Assembly: GCA_965220765.1 (NCBI GenBank)
Contig: OZ244847.1
Location: 3,200,699 to 3,264,698, forward strand
Direction of reading: 5' to 3'
DNA: 64,000 nt
From: Candidatus Latescibacterota bacterium
GTDB taxonomy: Bacteria; Latescibacterota; UBA2968
A model generated the notes under the pieces. The model was given only the letters and a program-made list of their open reading frames with translations. It searched no databases and had not been told where the DNA came from. Below, piece by piece: positions 59,437 to 64,000 of this stretch; the stretch's first letter is position 1; the number at the start of each line of letters is the position of its first letter. The position numbers were made by a program, and so were the translations under genes.

Positions 59437-61125
59437 ATGAGTATATCAGATATGCAAGTGTCTTTGGGCGCGTTCCAGTCCGCCGTTGATCGCGCTTTGA
59501 AAACATGGTCAGAAAATGGCAATACAGAACGGCTGTGGCGCGGCGATGCCACACTCTGGTCGGGGGCTGATGAGGCCAACTGGTTGGGATGGCTCAATAT
59601 CGCGCCTCAAATACGCGACCAGGCAGGTGACCTATGCGCTTTTGCACAGCAGGTGCGCGATAGGGGGATAACGGATATTCTGCTTTTGGGAATGGGTGGC
59701 AGTAGTTTGTGTCCCGAAGTGCTGGCGATGACTTTTGGCCGTCGGGAGGATTGGCCCAGGTTGCATGTGCTGGATTCTACTATTCCCGCACAGGTACAGC
59801 GGTTTGCCGATGCCGTAAATTTGGAGACAACCCTTTGCGTTGTGGCCAGCAAATCCGGAACAACAACTGAACCCCACGCATTTTGCGAGTTCTTCTGGGC
59901 AAAAATGTGTGAAACCATCGGCGATGCGGCGGGTCAACACTTTATCGCCATTACAGATCCTGGTTCTGATTTGGAAACGCTTGCCATAGAACGGAACTTT
60001 CTGTCTGTTTTTTATGGTTTGCCAGAGATCGGCGGTAGATTTTCAGCGCTCTCAAACTTTGGGATGGTGCCTGCGGCATTGATCGGCATTGATGTGCGAA
60101 CATTTTTAGGACGCGCAATAGCGATGGGTGAGCGGTGCAAAAGATCAGATGCCCAGAATCCCGGTCTTTTTCTGGGCCTTATTTTGGGTGAGTTGGCAAA
60201 AGTAGGACGCGATAAAGTGACACTTGTAACTTCTCCCAAATTGTGGGATTTGGGGGCGTGGCTGGAGCAACTATTAGCCGAAAGCACAGGGAAAAATGGT
60301 CGGGGTCTCATACCTGTTGATTTAGAAGAGGTTGCCACGCCCAGTGTGTACGGCGAAGATCGGGTATTCGTCTATATCAGACTTAAAGACAATGCGGATG
60401 TTGAACAGGATGCAGGCATAGAAAATCTGCGAGCTGATAATTTTCCAGTTATTCAGATTGATGTGGCAGAACTATTAGACCTGAGCGCAGAGTTTTTCCG
60501 GTGGGAATATGCAACCGCGGTCGCTGGCGCAGTTATGAATATCAATCCCTTCGACCAGCCCAATGTGCAGGAGAGCAAAGATTTTACGGCGCAATTGACT
60601 CAGGCGTATGAACAAGAGGGAATATTGCCTGTTCAGACGCCGTTTTTTGTTGAAGATGATGTCGAAGTATATGCCGATGAAGCCAATGCACAGGCATTGG
60701 GAACAATTAAAGATCTCAATAGTTGTACTGCTGAACTGCTCAATCAGATTCGGGCAGGTGACTATGTCGCACTGTGTGCTTATCTCGATATGAATGAAGA
60801 TACCGTCGCTGTTTTACAGGCTCTGAGACACCGGATACGCAATGTATATCAGGTGACAACCACATTGGGGTTTGGTCCGCGATTCTTGCATTCTACGGGG
60901 CAATTGCACAAGGGGGGACCGAACAATGTGGTGGTCGTGCAACTGACGAGCGACGATGCGACAGATGTAGATATTCCTGGGCGAGCGTTCTCTTTTGGCG
61001 TGCTCAAACAAGCACAGGCTCTGGGCGATGCCCACGCTCTTTCGAGCCGAAAAAGACGGGCGATTCGCATTCATTTTAAGGCAGATATAATTGCTGGTAT
61101 CCATCGGGTGAAGCAAGCGGTTTGA
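59437..61125 (+). CDS. pgi: Glucose-6-phosphate isomerase
   Basis: SIS-domain motif DILLLGMGGSSLCPEV, two SIS domains, 562 aa. Confidence 0.8.
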   Translation: MSISDMQVSLGAFQSAVDRALKTWSENGNTERLWRGDATLWSGADEANWLGWLNIAPQIRDQAGDLCAFAQQVRDRGITDILLLGMGGSSLCPEVLAMTFGRREDWPRLHVLDSTIPAQVQRFADAVNLETTLCVVASKSGTTTEPHAFCEFFWAKMCETIGDAAGQHFIAITDPGSDLETLAIERNFLSVFYGLPEIGGRFSALSNFGMVPAALIGIDVRTFLGRAIAMGERCKRSDAQNPGLFLGLILGELAKVGRDKVTLVTSPKLWDLGAWLEQLLAESTGKNGRGLIPVDLEEVATPSVYGEDRVFVYIRLKDNADVEQDAGIENLRADNFPVIQIDVAELLDLSAEFFRWEYATAVAGAVMNINPFDQPNVQESKDFTAQLTQAYEQEGILPVQTPFFVEDDVEVYADEANAQALGTIKDLNSCTAELLNQIRAGDYVALCAYLDMNEDTVAVLQALRHRIRNVYQVTTTLGFGPRFLHSTGQLHKGGPNNVVVVQLTSDDATDVDIPGRAFSFGVLKQAQALGDAHALSSRKRRAIRIHFKADIIAGIHRVKQAV

Positions 61126-61136
61126 GAGGATTGAAT

Positions 61137-62135
61137 ATGGTACTGGCGACAATGGATTTGATGCAAATTGCAGGTGATGATCACAAGATTGATTTTGTGA
61201 GCAAACTCCGCGATGAGCAATTGGATCTCACGCGCAACCGGTTGGATATTTTGCAGGTCAATGTCGGCAAATTGTGCAATCAAGCGTGTCACCACTGCCA
61301 TGTGGATGCCAGCCCGATCCGCACAGAGATCATGACCCGAGAGACCATTGACCGCATCCTGTCATTTCTCAAAACATCCGATATTCAAACAGTTGACATA
61401 ACGGGTGGCGCACCTGAGTTGATTCCAGATTTTCGCTATTTTGTCGAACAAATACGCGAGCAGGACCGTCGCGTGATGGTGCGCTGTAATTTAACCGTGA
61501 TATTTGAAAGCGGGCAAGAAGACTTGCCTGAATTTTATCGCAAACACGAAGTTGAATTGGTATGTTCGCTGCCGTGTTATCTCGAAGAAAATGTAGATGA
61601 ACAACGCGGGCGCGGTGTTTTCACAAAAAGCATACGGGCATTGCAGATTCTCAATGAAATTGGATATGGTCGTCCTGGCACGGGATTGGAACTCGATCTG
61701 GTCTATAATCCTGTTGGCGCGTCTTTGCCGCCTCCGCAGGCCGAACTCGAAGCCGATTATAAAGAAGAGCTAAAAGCCCGTTACAACATCGATTTTAATA
61801 AGCTCTACACCATTACCAATATGCCCATCAGCCGGTTTGGGGAATTTCTAAAACGCCGGGGCATTTACGACAGCTATATGCAGACTTTGCAGGACAATTT
61901 TAATCCACATACAATCGATAATTTGATGTGTCGCTCGCTGATTAGCGTCGGATGGCAAGGTGAAGTTTACGATTGTGACTTTAATCAAATGCTCGATATG
62001 CATTCTTTTGGGCGCGAAGTCAAACTCTGGGAATTGACCGTTGAAGATCTGATCGGATGTAATGTGCGGGTGCGAGACCACTGCTTTGGATGCACTGCGG
62101 GTGCGGGCAGCAGTTGTGGGGGAGAGCTTGTGTAG
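61137..62135 (+). CDS. Radical SAM protein with Cys-rich C-terminal domain (ArsS-like, rSAM + DUF3641-type)
   Basis: CxxxCxxC motif CNQACHHC and a C-terminal cysteine cluster CDFNQ...CFGCTAGAGSSCGG. Start at the ATG at 61137. Confidence 0.55.
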   Translation: MVLATMDLMQIAGDDHKIDFVSKLRDEQLDLTRNRLDILQVNVGKLCNQACHHCHVDASPIRTEIMTRETIDRILSFLKTSDIQTVDITGGAPELIPDFRYFVEQIREQDRRVMVRCNLTVIFESGQEDLPEFYRKHEVELVCSLPCYLEENVDEQRGRGVFTKSIRALQILNEIGYGRPGTGLELDLVYNPVGASLPPPQAELEADYKEELKARYNIDFNKLYTITNMPISRFGEFLKRRGIYDSYMQTLQDNFNPHTIDNLMCRSLISVGWQGEVYDCDFNQMLDMHSFGREVKLWELTVEDLIGCNVRVRDHCFGCTAGAGSSCGGELV

Positions 62136-62199
62136 AGGTGTGAAGTGTTAAGGACCACTGAAACGCAATCGCTAAAAAGGCACCGAGATAGGTGCCTTT

Positions 62200-64000
62200 T
62201 TATTTTATGTTTAGTGCAATACGCTGTGTCTGTGGTGATAGGCAGCGCGTGCTATCGCATGCTTGATATGTGAGTAGTAGCGAGAGGTTTTGCGGTCGAG
62301 TTTTGAATGATAGGGTAAGGGGTATATTGAGGCTGTCTTTATAAACGGCAATGGCACGCTCGGCAAAGGGAAAGCGTAAGTCTTCGGCAGGTGGATAGTC
62401 GATTTGGGTGATTTTGGCAATGTCTGTGTCCAGTGTGAGGCGCGTGGGGATCAAATAATGGTCTGTGGGATTGGATGCTTGAATATGCCAGCCCGAAGCA
62501 ATATTTAGACGCATATTCACTTTGAGGGTGTTCGCGCTATCAGAGGGCAAGGCCGTTGCGGATGCAGTGACAAGGCTATCGGGTGCAAGGATGGGAGAAG
62601 ATGCCATCATTGTGCCGTGAATGAAGTGCAGGAGCGCGCCCGGTGTATTCTCTGCAAGGGGAGCGAAACTATTGGTGAGTGCGAGGGCGCGTTGGGCATA
62701 CAGGGGATTCTGTGTCAATGTCCGCAGTTCCCACAAAAGGTGCAGGGCAACGGCATTGCCAGAGGGCAGGGCGCTGTCGTAAAAACTCTTGGTACGCACA
62801 ATCATTTCGTTTTGATCCCTCGTAAGAAAATATCCACCATCTATCGTATCCCAAAATGCGGTGTGCATTCGCTCTGAAAGCGATAGGGCGTCCTGAAGAT
62901 AGCGCGCAGAATGCGTTGCGCTATAGAGGTGAAGGAGGCCGTCGATTAAAAAGGCGTAATCTTCCTGATAGGCTTCTCCTTTGCGCTGCCCCTCGCGATA
63001 GATGCGATACAGGTCGCCGTCTGCATTGCGGAGGTTGTTGTGGATAAAATCGGTCGCCTCTTGTGCGGCTACGAGGTAATCGGTCTGGTCGAGGACTTCA
63101 TAGGCGCGGGCATACGCACCAATCATGAGGCCATTCCACGCTGTGATAATTTTGTCATCGAGGAGGGGGCGGATGCGTTGGCTACGAGTATTCAGGAGTT
63201 TGTCTTTTAGTGAAGATAGGCGCGTGCGCAGAGTTGTGACGTCGATTTGATGGCGGACTGATAGCGCGCTGTCTGTATCGGTTTTATAAATGACACCGGT
63301 TGAGCCTTCGGGCATAGGCGCGAGCGCATAACACAAGAGGAAGAAGTCCGCATCTTTTTTCAGGGTCTGGCGAATTTCTTGCTCTGTCCAGGTGTAATAC
63401 GCGCCTTCTTCAGCTTCGGTTTCTGCGTCGAGAGCAGAGTAAAAGCCGCCTTTGGAATCTGTCATTTCACGCGCAACAAAGTCCAGAATTTCCTCTGCCG
63501 CAATGCGATAGGCCATTTTATTGGTGATCTGGTACGCGCGAAGAAAGTTGTGGATAAGGAGGGCCTGGTTGTAGAGCATTTTTTCAAAGTGCGGCACGCG
63601 CCATTTTGCATCTGTTGCATAGCGATGAAATCCACCGCCGAGATGATCGCGGATGCCGCCCAGCGCCATGTGATGCAGTGTTTGCCCGACCATATCGAGG
63701 TACTCTGCCTGGGGATCTTGTCGATAGGCCGTCAATAACAGGCTGAGCGCGTGATCCGGTGGAAATTTCGGGGCTGTGCCCAGGCCGCCGTTGATGGCGT
63801 CAAACCTTTTTTTTGTATGGTCAATCGCCTTGCCAAGCAGATCTTCTCCCGTTTTTTCTGAAACGGTTTGTATCGTGTGCCTGCGCGCGATAGATTGTGA
63901 TATCTGATCGGCCTGTTTTTCGAGTTCTTGTCTCTGTTCCTGCCATGCCACATGCAGCGCTTGAATCACGCGCGGAAAGCCCGGACGCCCATGTGAATCT
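62200..64000 (-). CDS. Thioredoxin-domain protein, YyaL/DUF255 family (with N-acylglucosamine 2-epimerase-like domain), N-terminus beyond the window end
   Basis: The frame continues upstream of the track's GTG at 63969 as ...GRPGFPRVIQAL, a conserved YyaL region. An (alpha/alpha)6 domain follows. Confidence 0.65.
   Translation of the reverse strand, partial: DSHGRPGFPRVIQALHVAWQEQRQELEKQADQISQSIARRHTIQTVSEKTGEDLLGKAIDHTKKRFDAINGGLGTAPKFPPDHALSLLLTAYRQDPQAEYLDMVGQTLHHMALGGIRDHLGGGFHRYATDAKWRVPHFEKMLYNQALLIHNFLRAYQITNKMAYRIAAEEILDFVAREMTDSKGGFYSALDAETEAEEGAYYTWTEQEIRQTLKKDADFFLLCYALAPMPEGSTGVIYKTDTDSALSVRHQIDVTTLRTRLSSLKDKLLNTRSQRIRPLLDDKIITAWNGLMIGAYARAYEVLDQTDYLVAAQEATDFIHNNLRNADGDLYRIYREGQRKGEAYQEDYAFLIDGLLHLYSATHSARYLQDALSLSERMHTAFWDTIDGGYFLTRDQNEMIVRTKSFYDSALPSGNAVALHLLWELRTLTQNPLYAQRALALTNSFAPLAENTPGALLHFIHGTMMASSPILAPDSLVTASATALPSDSANTLKVNMRLNIASGWHIQASNPTDHYLIPTRLTLDTDIAKITQIDYPPAEDLRFPFAERAIAVYKDSLNIPLTLSFKTRPQNLSLLLTYQACDSTRCLSPQTQRIALNIK

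Overview
This 64-kb window is a chromosomal segment from a diderm (Gram-negative-type) bacterium, probably uncultured. GC is about 52% and genes are densely packed on both strands. The backbone is housekeeping: a sulfatase-like gene truncated at the 5' window edge, Gfo/Idh/MocA oxidoreductase, rhodanese, a RsmC-like methyltransferase, a CoxM-S-L-type molybdoenzyme cluster, glutaredoxin-like protein, family-4 UDG, hpt, mutL-miaA, tRNA-Gly(CCC), MFS and TauE transporters, B12-dependent metH, pyruvate kinase, TamA-TamB, SppA, an amidohydrolase, a GldA/F/G-like ABC system with DUF4340, YihY, two tandem paralogous TonB-dependent receptors, mobA, pterin dehydratase, pgi, an ArsS-like radical SAM protein, and a YyaL-like thioredoxin-domain protein truncated at the 3' edge. 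Three accessory insertions sit between these. (1) A low-GC two-gene cassette at 21.1-22.8 kb encodes an ABC-type ATPase plus a small TOPRIM-fold protein; it resembles split OLD/PARIS/RloAB-type anti-phage modules but is unusually compact. This is the best candidate for an undescribed system. (2) At 31-40 kb, an AsnB-family gene lacking the catalytic Cys is oriented divergently from an operon of DUF362, an orphan Sfp-type PPTase, two ABC half-exporters with novel N-terminal PH-like + zinc-ribbon extensions, and an acidic protein. (3) At 46.8-48.9 kb, a 435-aa unknown protein is co-operonic with a higBA module. A second higBA pair of a different subfamily lies at 30.3-30.9 kb. No CRISPR arrays, rRNA genes or transposases were seen. 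All calls come from reading the six-frame translations; no database searches were run.
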